Below are positions 30,412 through 48,643 of a stretch of DNA of 64,000 nucleotides, piece by piece (the first letter of the stretch is position 1; each line of letters begins with the position of its first letter). The translations under genes and the position numbers were made by a program. The stretch is from the human T2T-CHM13v2.0 reference genome, Homo sapiens, in assembly GCF_009914755.1 (NCBI RefSeq), contig NC_060926.1. One strand, given 5' to 3'. Below the pieces are notes generated by a model. That model was not told the origin of the DNA. It saw only the letters and a list, made by a program, of their open reading frames with translations, and ran no database searches.

Positions 30412-32759
30412 AGAGTAGGGCTATCCTTAGGACTCTTTTAACTAAGGATATCACAGAAGAAGAGGGTTGAAAAGGGCTGAACCCTAGCATGTAATCTATA
30501 ATTAACTTGAGCATCAGTATGAATGCTAAAAATCAGTACAAGTATAGCCAATGTGGTAGCAAGATTCCTCCCCTCCCAGGACAGCACTGTTAAAGCCTTC
30601 ACTCTGGGCTAGAGCAGGGTCTCTGTTCTGGTTTGAGGCCACCCTCCTGAATGTGACTTGTCTACTTCTACAGTTCTTTCTAGGCACATCCCGTTTTGGT
30701 CAGCCCAGCCACTTTCCGGCATGATCTGCCAGGTAATTAACGGATTTATCAATTACGGAAAAATCTGTCTCCTTGTCTGGATGTACTTAAAATTCAGCGT
30801 TTAAGGGACAGAGACGTCCTGCTCCAACTAAGTGAATGTTGTCAACTGCATGTCTAGTGCTTTAGCTATTTCTGTTTCTAGTCGTCATTTCCCAAATCTG
30901 CGAAATGCAAACACTTGAGATACAAGCCCACCTCCAAAGCAAGGCCATTCTACAAATTGCCTTCTTCTGGCCACCACTCTTCAGCACAGCACTGTGGTCC
31001 TTGTGCCTGGGGAGGGGGTCTTATTCCTCTCCTTGTCACTGGCCTCTCCAGGCATGTGGTAAAAAGGTCCCCCTGGGACACCTGGGGCATGGAACATTTT
31101 CCCCATTACTGAGATCACTGACTGACAGCAGCAACTAGACTGACTCCCCTCCCCTGGTCCCCACCCCAAGCAGCTGTCTGAATGTTAGAATAGGCACGAG
31201 GAATTGTTAAAGTTGAGAAAGGCTTACTTTTCATGAAGAACACATGTTTTCTAAGGAGAGATTTATTTAATGAAAGTCTTTTTTTTCTCCTGAGTCTTTG
31301 GTAGATTTGAATTGTAAAATAGATCTGGGGCTGTTTTGAGTAGGATGGGGCTGTTTTGAGTGGAAGGATAGGGCTGGAGTGGAGACAGCTGAATTCCTCT
31401 ACCTGGAGAAGTCCAGTATCTGCGAATAGGAGGTATGATAAGGCCATAGAACTATCCCCAAATGTCCCCTAGGTAGAGTGGCCCAAGACAGTTTAAAACA
31501 GAGAGACCCAATATTCCACTTAATATAATTTGGGTTACAGTATTACCTTCACACTATTTCCAAACACACACGCTCACATCTGCTTCCAGCAAATCTTTAA
31601 TGCAGTTCCCTGCACACTCAATATCTTGACTGCGTATGGACATAGAGAAAGTGGCTGAATTTCCTCTCTGAGAAGAGGACGTCATGGAGGAAGAAGAGAT
31701 AGTCCCTAAACGGAGCCAATTCAACCAAAGCAGAAGCTGGAGCTACAGAAGGCAATGAGAATGAAGTCTCCACCTCCCCTCTATCCACCTGGAAGTTTCG
31801 CCAAAATCATCTCAAGAGCTTGAGAATTCCATGAAATATGGAGTAGGGCTTTGGACCCATTCTAAAGGACAAGGAGGACTACAGCTGATGGTTCCCAAAG
31901 ACCTGTCTTCCGCACTGACCCAGGGTCCAATTGCTCATACAATTTCTCCTCTTAGATATCTAATAAGTAACTCCCATTTAAAATGGCCAAAAACCAAACT
32001 CGGCTCCACCCCCTAAACATGCTTCTCCCTCAGTCTTTTCCACCTCAGTTACCAGCCCCACATCCACTCAGTTGCTCAAGCCCCAAATCTACGAGTCATC
32101 CTTGGTTCTGCTTTCTCTCATTCTCTCTATCCAGGAGATCAGCAGGCCTTGTCAGTCCCTCCTCCAAGACACATCCCAAGTTGACATTTTTCACCTTCTC
32201 TGCACATCTCCATTGATTCCACCCAAGAAGTCTCAGCCACCAGTCCTCAACTGAACTCCCAGTTTTGCTCAACTGGCTAGAGCAAAAACCTCCCTAACCA
32301 GTTGCCCTGTCTTTCCTCTGGCCACCAGTGGCCTTTTCACTACCTGGTGGTAGCAGCCAGAAAGGGGTGTGTCTGTGTATAAATCGGACAGTATGGCTCC
32401 ACCATTTACAATCATTCATGGCTTCCCATTGCAATCCAAATTCCTCTCTGTGGCCTAGGGGGCCCCACGTGATTGGGCCGTGTTTACCACTCTGACCTCT
32501 TTCTTCCTCCATTCATAGGGTGTCATCCACACTGGGCCCTTTCTTCCCACATACACATAAAGCTTCTTGCCTCAGAGCCTCCGTACATGCTATTTTTCTG
32601 CCTGGAATGCTTTTCCCTTAAATTTTCACCTGTCTGCCCCAATCCCTAAACTTCTAGCCCCTGCTCACTCTCTACCCTTTATCTTATTTTCCTGTAACAC
32701 TTACTTGTTGCTTGATTACAAATTTTTCATCTTCCTGTCCTCATTAGAATGTAAGCTCA

Positions 32760-33746
<987 letters not shown>

Positions 33747-35262
33747 GAAGGAAGAGATTTTTTATCTCCAGCTCCTAGAACACTACCTGGCAGAAAAAAG
33801 TGCTCAACACAAACTTGTGGAATGAGTATACCTGAGTTTCACTTGTTTCCTGCTTGCCCTCTGTCAGAGGCCACACCCAATTGTGGCACCTGGTAAAAGC
33901 CTCACTCATTAGAGTTTTGTCATTTAACTCCTTCCTGTAAGCCAGGTAAAACTGACCACATATATATGTAGATGCCCTTTTCCAATTTCAGTTTGGGGGC
34001 TCCCCTGGAGAAAGCAGAGGCCTCACACTAGAGCTAGAAGCGGCCCCAGGAAAATTCACATGGGGTGAAGTTTGATTCTTTCAAAGTAGCCAGTTTTGCC
34101 CCTTGGCATTTTCTTCTTCTTCACAGACATTTTCCCAATGGGTAAAACTTTTTTGTTTGATTTTAAAAATTCACTTTTTCACTTATCTATTCAGTGTTGC
34201 TTACTGAGTTCTGACCACTGATAAAAATAACCATTGTGTGTGTGTCTATGTGTGTGTGTACGTGTGTAAAATATCAGAAGATAAGAGCCTTGCATTGTTC
34301 TAAGAGCTGCTTGAAAATGTCTGTGTTTTGATAGCTTATGATGCACATTCGTGGGCCAGCCAATTATAGTGACAGCTCTTTAATGAAGAAATGTCATACA
34401 CATTAATATAGAATTTGTATTTGCTCTTAGTAATACCTGTAAGTGCCTAGTTCAACAGTTTTTGTGGTTGAAATGCTAAAAAATACAACTGAAATGCTGT
34501 TGAACTCTAAATGGCTAAATGCATGTATACCTGTATGTTGTTTTATTTACACACACATAAACATATGTGTGTATTTTATACTTAAATAATTTATTCTATA
34601 TATATTTAATTTATTTTATATATATATATATAGAATAAATTAAGCAATAATGTCCCTGGGCCCAAAGAAAGTATTCTTCATTCTCCTGTTACGCCAGAAA
34701 GGTGTTTATTATGCTGAGGGAAGTTCTTGCACTCATAACCTCTAAGTGATTCCGCAGCATAGCTTAGAGGTGATGCTTCTTCCGGAGGAAGCCCTGAGTC
34801 ATTATCTGCATCTTTCCTGAGATCTGGAGAGTACAAGGGTACCAACACCTCTCCCTCCACGAGGCCAGGGGGGATTAGGAAAGAGTCAGAGATGAAGGAG
34901 AAAAGGAGAAGAGAAATTGGTAAGAGGAAAAAGGGTAAATGTCTCAATTGTTTCCTCCTCTGATTACAGCCAGAGGAAGGCAGTCTGAGGGCCCCTTAAC
35001 TAACTCCCTGTTAAGGTCTGGCAAGGATATAATGCATTTCATTTAGCTATGCTTCTGTTACTTGAATGGTTTGCTTTTTCTAAGGGAAATAGAATTGGGA
35101 AAGGAATTATAAGGAAGAGAATTTTCTTGCTTTTATTCTATTTATAAATGGAATATGAGAGGGACATGGAAATAGCATGAAAGAGTCACAATTTTCTTAC
35201 GATCACTAATATCCTACACTAATGTATCTGGGTGGCAGAGCGGATGGAGCCATAATGGTGTT

Positions 35263-35614
35263 TGTTATGGACTGAATCATGTTCCCCCAAGATTCATATG
35301 TTAAAGCTGCACCCTCAGTGTGATGGTATTAGGATGTGGAGCCTTTGGGGGGTAATTAGATTTAGATGAGGCCCTGAGAGTAGAGTCCCCATGATGGGAT
35401 TAGTGCCTTCTAAGGAGAGATCTCTCTCTCTCCACCACATGAGGACACAGTGAGAAGGCAGCTGTCTGCAAGCCAGGAAGAAAGCCCTCACCAGGAATCC
35501 ATCAGCACCTGCATTTTGGGCTTTTCAGCCTCCAGAACTGTAGGAAATACATGCTTGTTGTTGAAGTCACCCAGGCTGTGCTATTTTGTGACAGTCGCCA
35601 AGCTGACAAAGAGA
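35263..35614 (+). mobile_element. MLT1A-type solo LTR
   Basis: TGTTATGGACTGAAT start, CAGCCTCCAGAACTGT, 5-bp TSD GTGTT (35258-35262/35615-35619). Confidence 0.85.
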
Positions 35615-35619
35615 GTGTT

Positions 35620-35990
35620 TTACATGAATTAATTAAGCAGATAATTCCTGAGCATCACTAGCACTCTGGGTACTGTTGCGCAGTGAAGTATAGAGCAGTG
35701 ACCAATCAGGTGAGCTTCTGCTTTCATGGGACTTCAGTTTGAGTGGGAAAATACGCCACATACCATAAACAAGTAAACAGACAAGTAAATATTAGATAGT
35801 GATAAGAGCCATGAACAAAACACAACAGAGCCATGCTATGTGGAGTGACTGGGGAGGGGCTACTTTAGATCAGGTCATCAAAGGAGGCTTTCTGGGGAGG
35901 GGACATTTGAGATGAATGACAAGGAAGAGCTGACTAGGAGACAATCTGGTGGAAAACGTTTGAGGCACAAGGAACCATGGTGCTAACATC
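35620..35990 (-). mobile_element. L2 fragment
   Basis: GATAGTGATAAGAGCCATGAAC, GGGACATTTGAGATGA motifs. Confidence 0.65.
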
Positions 35991-36257
35991 AGGTCTATGT
36001 AAGACTGACAGTTACCCCTGAGTTAGGTCAAGCAAAGAATGAAGTGGACTTGAGACAGGCTTGAGTGTTAATACCCAAAAGTGAAAGCAAGAGATGCACA
36101 GCAAGAAATTCATATAAGAAACTTCAGATTTTGAATACCAATGAAATAACCATGGTTTCCGAGTGACCTCCTACTCCACACAAGTCCTCCTCTTGTATTT
36201 CCCGTATTATCGCCATACTCCATCCACACAACATGCAATATCCAAATACCATAATAA

Positions 36258-36583
<326 letters not shown>

Positions 36584-36725
36584 TTAATCACATCATCATC
36601 TACCTTCAATTAATTTTTGTAAAATAATTTTAAAAATTAACATCTTATATTTGTGAGGTCCATTTGTTATAATTGATGAACCAACCAATGTTGATACATT
36701 ATTAATTGAAGTCCACACTATTCAG

Positions 36726-36970
36726 ATTTTTTTCTTTTCTTTCAGTGAAACCCTGTCTTACTTTGCTGCCCAGGCTGGAGTATAAGTGGCTTAATGAGGG
36801 CTCACTGTAGCCTTGACCTCCCAGGGTCAAGTGGTCCTCCCACCTCGGCACTCCCTATCTCCCTGCCCCTGACTCCCCTAAATAGCTGGGACTATAGGCA
36901 CTCGCCACCACACCTGGCTAATTTTTAAATTTTTTTTGTAGAGATGGGGATCTCACTATGTTGCCCAAGC
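36726..36970 (-). mobile_element. AluJ, partial
   Basis: Reverse right arm plus the start of the left arm. Confidence 0.82.
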
Positions 36971-37262
36971 TCTATGCAGATTTCAAATGCCCTTTTCCTG
37001 TTAGGATCCCATCCAGGATACCACATTGCATTTAGTCATGCTTTCTTAGGCTACTTTTGGCTCTAACAGTTTCCTAGACTTTCCCTGTTTTTGCTACCTT
37101 TGACAGTTTTGAGCAGGGACTGATCAGGCAATTTGTAGAATGTCCCTCACTTGGGATTTATCTGATGCTTTTCTCCTAATGGGACAGTGGTTATGGGTTA
37201 TTGGGAGAGAGACTACAGAGGTAAAGTACCATTTTCATCCCACCATATAAGAGCGCATGCTG

Positions 37263-37554
37263 GGCCGGGTATGGTGGCTCACGCCTGTTCCTAGCACTTT
37301 GGGAGGCCGAGGCGGGTGGATTACCTGAGGACGGGAGTTCAAGCCCAACCTAACCAACATGGAGAAACCCCGTCTCTACTAAAAATACAAAATTAGCTGG
37401 GCGTGGTGGCGCATGCCTGTAATCCCAGGTACTCAGGAGGCTGAGGCAGGAGAATCGCTTGAACCCGGGAGGCGGAGGTTGCTGTGAGCCAATATCACAC
37501 CATTGCACTCCAGCCTGGGCAACAAGAGCAAAACTCTGCCTCAAAAAAAAAAAA
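37263..37554 (+). mobile_element. AluSp-like
   Basis: CATGGAGAAACCCCG diagnostic; TSD AAGAG[C/T]GCATGCT. Confidence 0.9.
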
Positions 37555-38423
37555 AGAGTGCATGCTACCACCAGGACTTATCACTGCTGATGCTGACCTT
37601 GATCTCTTGGCTGAGCTTCCAAGTGATTTTTGATTCCTCATTCTCCCATCCCTGGAATCTATCATTCATCAGGCCTCATCTAATATATCTCTCAAGGTTC
37701 TCTCCCAGAACCCACTCCTCATCAGCATTATCTCCACAGTCTCAAGTCTAAGTTCCCAGACTGTTCTCAGCATCCTGCACCACGTTATCAAAGCTCTAAT
37801 CATAGCCTTTCTCTGGCTAAATAATCCCACTTAGGAATAAAACTTTTGTCTTAGTTGGAAGTTAAGGTCCAAGGTTTTCAGTTTTGCTTTGGGGTCTTTT
37901 TCTCAATCTGAACGCAAGCTACTTTCCAGTTTTGGCTCCTGCCCTGAGATCTGGGTGCCATGCTAGCACTCCACCACACCCTCTGCTCATTCTGTCATGC
38001 TGCAGCAGTTACTGTTTATTAAGCTTCTGTCCTGTGCCAGGCAGCTTTCTGGGCCCAGGAATACAAAAAATACGAAGAAAGGCTTCCCTACACTCAAGGA
38101 ATGAGGTGTAGTTGGAGTGACAGTCATTGTAAATGGATAATTGCAAGGTTGTTAGGTAGATGCGAGGTATTTATTTGGGCATGTACAAATTTTAAAGGGA
38201 GCAACTAGGCCAAAGCCCCTCACTGTGGCCCCAGTACTTAGGGGAGATTATACTAAGATAGTGATATCTGAGCAATGATTTCAATAAAGAAAAAAGTTCA
38301 CCAAGCAGACAAGAGGCCAAGAGAAGTTCTAGGCAGAGGGCACAGCACGAACTAAGGCATGGCCACTAAGCAATTTAATATGGAAGTATTTGCAAAAGAT
38401 GAGTAAGAGCTAAATTGTGATAA

Positions 38424-38538
38424 AGGAGGATTGCTTGAGCCCAGGAGGTCAGGGCTGCAATGAGCCCTGATTGTGCCACTGCACTCCAGCCTGGATGACA
38501 GAGTGAAATTCTGTCTCAAAAAAAAAAAAAAAAAAAAA
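38424..38538 (+). mobile_element. Alu right-arm 3' fragment
   Basis: GGAGGATTGCTTGAGCCCAGG...A tail; no TSD seen. Confidence 0.85.
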
Positions 38539-38539
38539 T

Positions 38540-38658
38540 TCCTTGGCCTCAGTCCAGACTCAGAATCAGAATTTCTGGGGTTGGGGGGAAAGCCTGGTAA
38601 TTCTGCATTTGTAATCAAACCCCAGGTACTTCTTGTAAAGAAAGCTTTGGAACACTGG
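38540..38658. mobile_element. MER5-type hAT fragment
   Basis: GAATCAGAATTTCTGGGG...TCTGCATTT...CCCCAGGT. Confidence 0.55.
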
Positions 38659-39579
38659 TACTCTAAGAGAATAATAGAAAACAAGATCAAAACAAGAAGA
38701 AACTGGAGGCAGAAAGAGCAGTTGGAAGACACTTGCTATTGCCCCAGAGATGGCAAAGCTTGAACCAAGGAGACAGCAGTGGGGGAAGGAGGAGGGGCAG
38801 CTTCAGGAGGCCTCGAAGAGGCAGACTGTCAGAGGTAGAGCTGCAGACGCCACCCAGGCCTCTAAGGATTCTATCTTGAACACTTTCATAAACATTGGGA
38901 ATATGAGAGACGGAATAGGTTGCTGGGAAAGATAATGAGCTCAGTTTTGGAACATGTTGACTTTGAAGTGAAATCCATAATGAAGAGCTGACACTTGAAC
39001 AGGCTGTTCTGGAACTCAGGATAGAGGTCAGGGCTGGAGATAAGGATTTCTGAATCATTTGAATCACCAGTGTATAGGCAAGAGCAGGAAAAGTGAAATT
39101 CCCCCAGGAAGCAGGTGGAGTCTGAAGGGCCAAGAATGACATATGGAAGCCTTCAGCACTCCCGCCCCTCCTCATCAACCTTCAGCCTCATCTTTCTCCT
39201 CTGTGCCCTTCCCCCAATCTCTTTTTCTACCTCACACAATTTTATCAAAGGCCATCTCCCAGCTGTTACTATCCTAGATGGAATTAACCTCTGCACTGTG
39301 CTACGGTATTTCTTTGTACTCCCTTTATCACATCTCCAGTCATTTTAGATTAGGGCTAGTGTTGTCCCATTTTCTTTTTCACCTGTTAGAGGCAGAAGTA
39401 TGTCCGGATTTCCAGTACCCAGCACAAAGCTGGTGTTTAGTAAATGTTTGTGGTCTTGTGGTGGAGACTTAAGGATTATTCATTCATTTGGACTTATAAT
39501 CCTAGTGTCTAAAGTAAAAATATCTTTCTTTGATCAGAAAGAGTGTATACTTTATGCAACCTAAAACTTAGGCACTTAA

Positions 39580-40830
39580 TTTTTAAAAACATTTTATTAT
39601 AATAATTTAAAACCATTATGTAGTAACAGAATAATAATAAACCTCCAAATACCCATCACCCAACTTCAATAATTATCAACGCAGGGTCAATTCTCTTTTA
39701 TCTTTACTTCCAACTCCATTGCATATTATTTTGAAGCAAATGCCAGAGAACATATCTTATCAGTAAAAGAGAAGAGTTTTTTAAAACCATAATATTATCA
39801 CACCCCAAAAAAATAACAATAATCTCTTAACATCAATATCGAGTCATTGTTCAAATGACCAATTTTCTCATAAATGCAATTTCTTTTAATTTTAAAAAAT
39901 TAAGATCCAAATAAGGTCCACATGTTGCAATTCATCAATATGCCTTTTAAATCTCTTTTAATCTATAGGTTTCCCCCTGAACCCCCTTTCTTGCGAATTA
40001 TTTATTGACGAAATCAGGTCATTTGTTCCGTAGAGTTTCTCATAGTCTAGTTTTTTGCTGCCTTCATTCCCCCAATGTAGTGCAACATGTTCCTCTGTCC
40101 TCTCTATTTTCTAAATTGGCATTTGGAACAAGAAACTTGGTAAGATTTGAATTTGCCTTTTTGGCAAGACTTCTTCATGAATGGGTGTATTCTTCCTTCA
40201 TCCATCAGGAGGTCCATACTGTTTGGTTGTCTGTATTCTTGTTACGTTAGCAATCACTTCTCCTTAAGGCCTAGATCTATTAGTTCTTTAGAGGCCATAG
40301 AAAGGGGACTCTATTACTCCTTTGTTGTTTAGTGGCTGAATTAGTTCTTTAAACAAGAACTTCACCTCATGCACTATTTAGTTACTGGGGCATACAGTTC
40401 ATATAAGGAAGGCAGAAAAAAATGGTAGAATTTATTTACCGGTTATCAGTTCAATAATGAGTTGCCTCCCAATCATCTTCTAAACATGACCAGTTTTTTG
40501 AGCATCATTATGGACTCATAGATTTAAACATATTTGAGATGTTTCAATCTATTGCTGGTATTATCCCTACTGATGTCAAAACTGTGACACCTTTGGCCAT
40601 TGGGAGCCTCTTTAAGTTGGTTCTGCTGTCCTTTTGAGAATGACCCTGTAGTCCTCAATAGCTTCCTCACTACCTATATGACAAAGTGCTTCAGGGATCC
40701 CTTGTTCATTTCCTGCCCTAGACCTTGACTCAGCCATTTCTTCAAGGAGCCTGGCTCTTTGACATGGGAAATGGTATTTCAGGACATCAATCAGGGATTT
40801 GGGGGTGCTCTTTGCACCTGGGTTGGCTAG
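39580..40830 (-). mobile_element. Old L1MC/L1ME-type fragment
   Basis: GATCCAAATAAGGTCCACATGTTGCA, CATTATGGACTCATAGATTTAAACATATTTGA, CAGCCATTTCTTCAAGGAGCC. Confidence 0.7.
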
Positions 40831-40859
40831 AGACTGACTTTAAATTTTTGAATTTCTCA

Positions 40860-41120
40860 GACATACTAGTGGCTAAAAGTGCAGGTGCCAGAGGTAGACT
40901 GTCTGGGTTTGAATCACCACTCTGCCACATATTATGTATGTGACACGGTGCCAGTTTACCAACTTATCTGTGCTTCAGTTTTTCTCAATTGTGAAAAGAG
41001 AATAATAACAGTAGCTAAATATGTAGAATCCTGTAAAGTTTAAATGAAGCGATTCATGTAAAATGCTTAGAATAGGGCCTGGCACATAGGGCTGTGTAAG
41101 CATTGACTATTATTATTCTT
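40860..41120 (+). mobile_element. MIR
   Basis: CTGGGTTTGAATC...TGCTTCAGTTTTTCTCAATTGTGAAA...ATGTAAAATGCTTAGAATAGGGCCTGGCACATAG. Confidence 0.8.
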
Positions 41121-43520
41121 ATTACTAGTCTCTTTCCAGCCTCATCATTGTTGCCTGCTTACACTGTGGGTCATCTGATATGCAACATGGACTTACATTT
41201 TATTCATATCTAGTGACATGCTGACTTATTTTAGAGAACTAGTCTAAGTTACATCTGCAACATTTGTCCTACTAATCTGCTACTTTAAATGATGCAATAC
41301 TTGCACATATTAGAACATTTCCTGTAAAGGAATCCAAATTCAACAAAACAAATGGCATTCATAAGGTCACCAAGCACCAGTGTACTTTCTGCTTTTTATA
41401 CTTGTCTGGAAAGGGGTAAATTAGCAGAAGCCTGGCTAGGAGTGACCCCACTACGGAGTTAAGGTCTTACTTTGCACTGGGGGCTTGGACAAGCCACATT
41501 CGTCTTGTCTTTCCTAGTTGAACACAGGGAGCTATTGGGGTGGCATTCCCCAAGCCCTCCAGATCCCTTTCTAATCAAACTGGTAGAATTACAAGACATA
41601 TCCCAGATCACATAAATCTTAATGCTGGTTCTGTCTGGAAGCCCATTCATATTATGAAATCTTGATCTATTCAGCCATTTGCCATAATTCTTTCGTCAGG
41701 TTCGAGGAGTTAAGATCTCAGCACTGCTGCAACTGAAGACAGTGAAAGGGAAGCAGCAGACCTGTGGGCTGTTTCCTTGGTGGTCCATTAGACCCCAACA
41801 AAGCCTCAAGGTACATCTTCTCTAAACCTAAAAACCCTACGGAGCTCTAACAAGAACAGTCTCTAAAGTAGTTAAATCAAAGTTTATTTAAAGCAAAGGC
41901 ATTTGTTTATCTGCAATTTTATATACTTGCATTACTGACATATAATTGTGCTATCATTGCATCAGCCATGCCAAGTTTTCCACAGCTCACTGGCTAGAAA
42001 TTCTCAGGATGCACTAGGGTTCATTTGTGCTTAAACAAAAATTTACTTGCTTGTTTTATTCTTTTCTTTCTTTTTTCTCTTGACAGCACTCTTAGCATTT
42101 TTTTTTTTTACTCTTACCATTTTATAAAAATAGCTGTCATTAGATTACTTGACATTTAAAACACTTTGGATTAAAATGTAATTTTAATCACATATTTGTC
42201 AAGAGGAAAGTGTGAATAAATAATGGTAAATTTATGTAATAGAAACTATTAAGCCACTAAAATTATAAAATGTATTTTGAAATCTTGACATAGAAACATG
42301 AGAGAACAAAAACAAGCTCCAAACAGTTTGTATAGTAGGATTATATTTTAGTAAAATAATAATTATTTTACATGTTGGCATATGCATAGAAAAAAATCTG
42401 AACAAACAAGTTGTTAATAGGGATTATCTCCAGGGGTGAGATTATCATTGTCTTTTCCTACATATTCCTATAGTTTCTGAATTTCTTATGAATACTTATT
42501 ACTTTTCCAATCAGAAAATGTTTATTTTTTTGAAAATCAATGTTGTTATAACTTGTTCAGAAGAGTGAAATAATACATTATCCATTGTAATAATAATTTT
42601 AGTGAGATTTCTCATGGTAGCTTCTCAGGAAATTCTATAATACTAATAAGTTTCTGTAAAAATTGAAGTTATTAATACAATAACTGAAGTATTGAAAAAC
42701 AGTATACTTAGTCTTCTCAGAATCCAAAATGATTTGGTGTATATTTTTATATATATGCAAAACCAAATGGAATTTAAAACTTTGAAATCTTTAGAACAAT
42801 CAACAAACCACTTTCATTCATTAAGCATGCATTTCTGCTACATAGTCTGTGCCAGGCAATGTGCTAGGTATGCAAGTACCAGCTACACAGAGATGAAAAA
42901 GATCAACCCAATTTCTGTCCTCATATGATGGTATGAACCAGCCCTGTGTATATCCTGGAGCATAGGAATTATTAATTAGAAGAACTGCTGCATGTGAATA
43001 AACAATAAGCAAATTAATTAATTTTGTATGTTAAAGTGAATTTTTCACTACATAAGAGCTAAGTGACTGGAAAGATTGTATATTTCATCAGCACATTCAA
43101 ATTTCACAAAATCATCACACACTGTAGGATATATGTTCAAATATATTCACACCTCCAAATCAAATATAAAAGAAAAGGAAAAATAGAGTGAAATCTTATT
43201 ATTGTTTTCTACTGATATTTCACTTTTAGATGTGACATCTGAAATCTAAGACAAAAAAAGGCTTCTGCTTTTATTTTGAATCATAAAGTTAACAAGTCCA
43301 TTTTTAAAAATCATGAGCACCAAATTCCTTAAAGATGAGATATTGTTATTTCATAACTTTCCATCCAAATCATGCCTAAATCATTTTTCAGTTCTTTGGA
43401 GCAGATGACGATTAAGGGGGAAAGGGAAGGAGGGATCAAAATGTTCACTTAAATGGAATTTAGTTTGTTTTTGTAAGGCTGAAATCCCTTGAAGATGGTA
43501 TATAAACTACTACTTTAGGC

Positions 43521-43853
43521 CAGGGGGTAGCAAACCTTTTCTGTGAAGGGCCAGATAGTAAATCTTTTAGGATTTGTGGACCATGGACCATGCTGTCTCT
43601 GCCAAAATGGCTCAACTCTGTTGTTTTACGGCAAAACAGCCATAAACTACACATAAACAAAGGGACATAGCTGTGTTTCAATAAAACTTTATTTGTGGAC
43701 GCTAAAAATTTTAATGTTATATAATTTTCACATGTCATTTTTCTTTTGATTTTTTTTTAATCATTTAAGATGTGAAATTCGTCCTTAGTTGGCAGACCTC
43801 ACAAGAATCTGGTGGCTGATTGGACTTGACACATGGCCAACTGCCAGTCCCTG
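43521..43853 (+). mobile_element. MER58B-type hAT element
   Basis: CAGGGGGTAGCAAACCTTTTCTGTGAAGGGCCAGATAGTAAAT...TGCCAGTCCCTG; ~333 bp. Confidence 0.8.
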
Positions 43854-44055
43854 CTAATAGGCCAGTGCATGGTGCTTGGGATCTGCTGCTTCTCTTTGGT
43901 CCTGGTATTGAAGGGTAGGAGGTAGGAGAGGAGAATCCAAGAGATTTATAAAACAAAACTCTATAGATTTTCTAAAAACAATTTGTAAGACAAAACTCTA
44001 TTGTTTTTCTAAAGACAATTCAAATCTCTTTATTAATCTAAGAAGTTACTATCGT

Positions 44056-44365
<310 letters not shown>

Positions 44366-44399
44366 TTATAAAACATTTAAAGAAACAATGAGTTTTAAA

Positions 44400-45934
<1,535 letters not shown>

Positions 45935-45963
45935 TGAGCATTGGGAAATAATAATTTTTTTAA

Positions 45964-46322
<359 letters not shown>

Positions 46323-46341
46323 TGCTCATTGTTTTCATTAG

Positions 46342-46749
<408 letters not shown>

Positions 46750-46909
46750 AGATTGTTTTTCTAATTTATTTTACGCAAGCTCTGTATATTGTTACTGACC
46801 CTTTATCTATTATTAAGTAATAAATATTTCCCCATTCTCCCTTGCTGTTTTATTTTGTGGAGTGTGTTTATGATAGGTAATCTTATTGTAGTCAAAAGCA
46901 ATCTTTTCT

Positions 46910-47210
46910 GCTGAGTGTGGTGGCTCATGCCTAATCCCAGAACTTTGGGAGGGGAAGGAAGCAGGAGAAACACTTGTGACCAGGGATACAAGACCAACCT
47001 GGGCAACATAGAGAGACACCCCGCCCCAGACTCCACAAAAAATTTAAAAGTTAGCCAAGTACAGTGGCACATGTCTGTAGTCCTAACTACTCTGGAGGCT
47101 GAGGCCAGAGGATCGCTTGCACCCAGGAGTTCGAGGCTACAGTGAGCTATTATCATGCCACTGCAAGCCAGCCTGGGTGACAGGAGGAGACCCCCATCTC
47201 TAAAATAAAT
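46910..47210 (+). mobile_element. AluJ
   Basis: Diverged dimer. Confidence 0.88.
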
Positions 47211-47674
47211 TTTTTAAGCAATCTTTTATTTTGTATCTTATTTCTTTTCTCTTATGCTTAAAATATACTTCACCTTTTCAAAAGCACATATTCAATTATA
47301 TGTTCTACTATTTGGGGGATTGTACTTTTTAATATCATACTGTTGAGATTTGGTATTCGGTTTGTTATATAAGCTAGAGATCCAAAGCCATAATTTTCTA
47401 AATAGCTCACCTATTTTCCTGTGTTCAAATCCTTCCTCATCTGTAGTCCCAGCTCAGACGCACATATTCCACTTGGGTGACAGCTCACCCTACCCTGAAT
47501 TTCTTGCCCTCCTCCTCTTCTTCCTCCCCCATAGCTTTTCCTTCTTTCTCATAATATAATCATCTGTGCATATATCTTCTATTGCATCACACTGTACACT
47601 CCTTGAGAGCTGGGACTGAGTTTGTTATCTTTGTGTCTCCCAAAGCCCTCATCCAGGGCCTCACACAGTTGTGA

Positions 47675-48643
<969 letters not shown>

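Larger units (their letters stand above)
36650..37620 (-). mobile_element. Old L1MC-type 3' fragment with two Alu insertions
   Basis: GGATCCCATCCAGGATACCACATTGCATTTAG...TTTGTAGAATGTCCCTCACTTGGGATTTATCTGATG. Confidence 0.7.
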
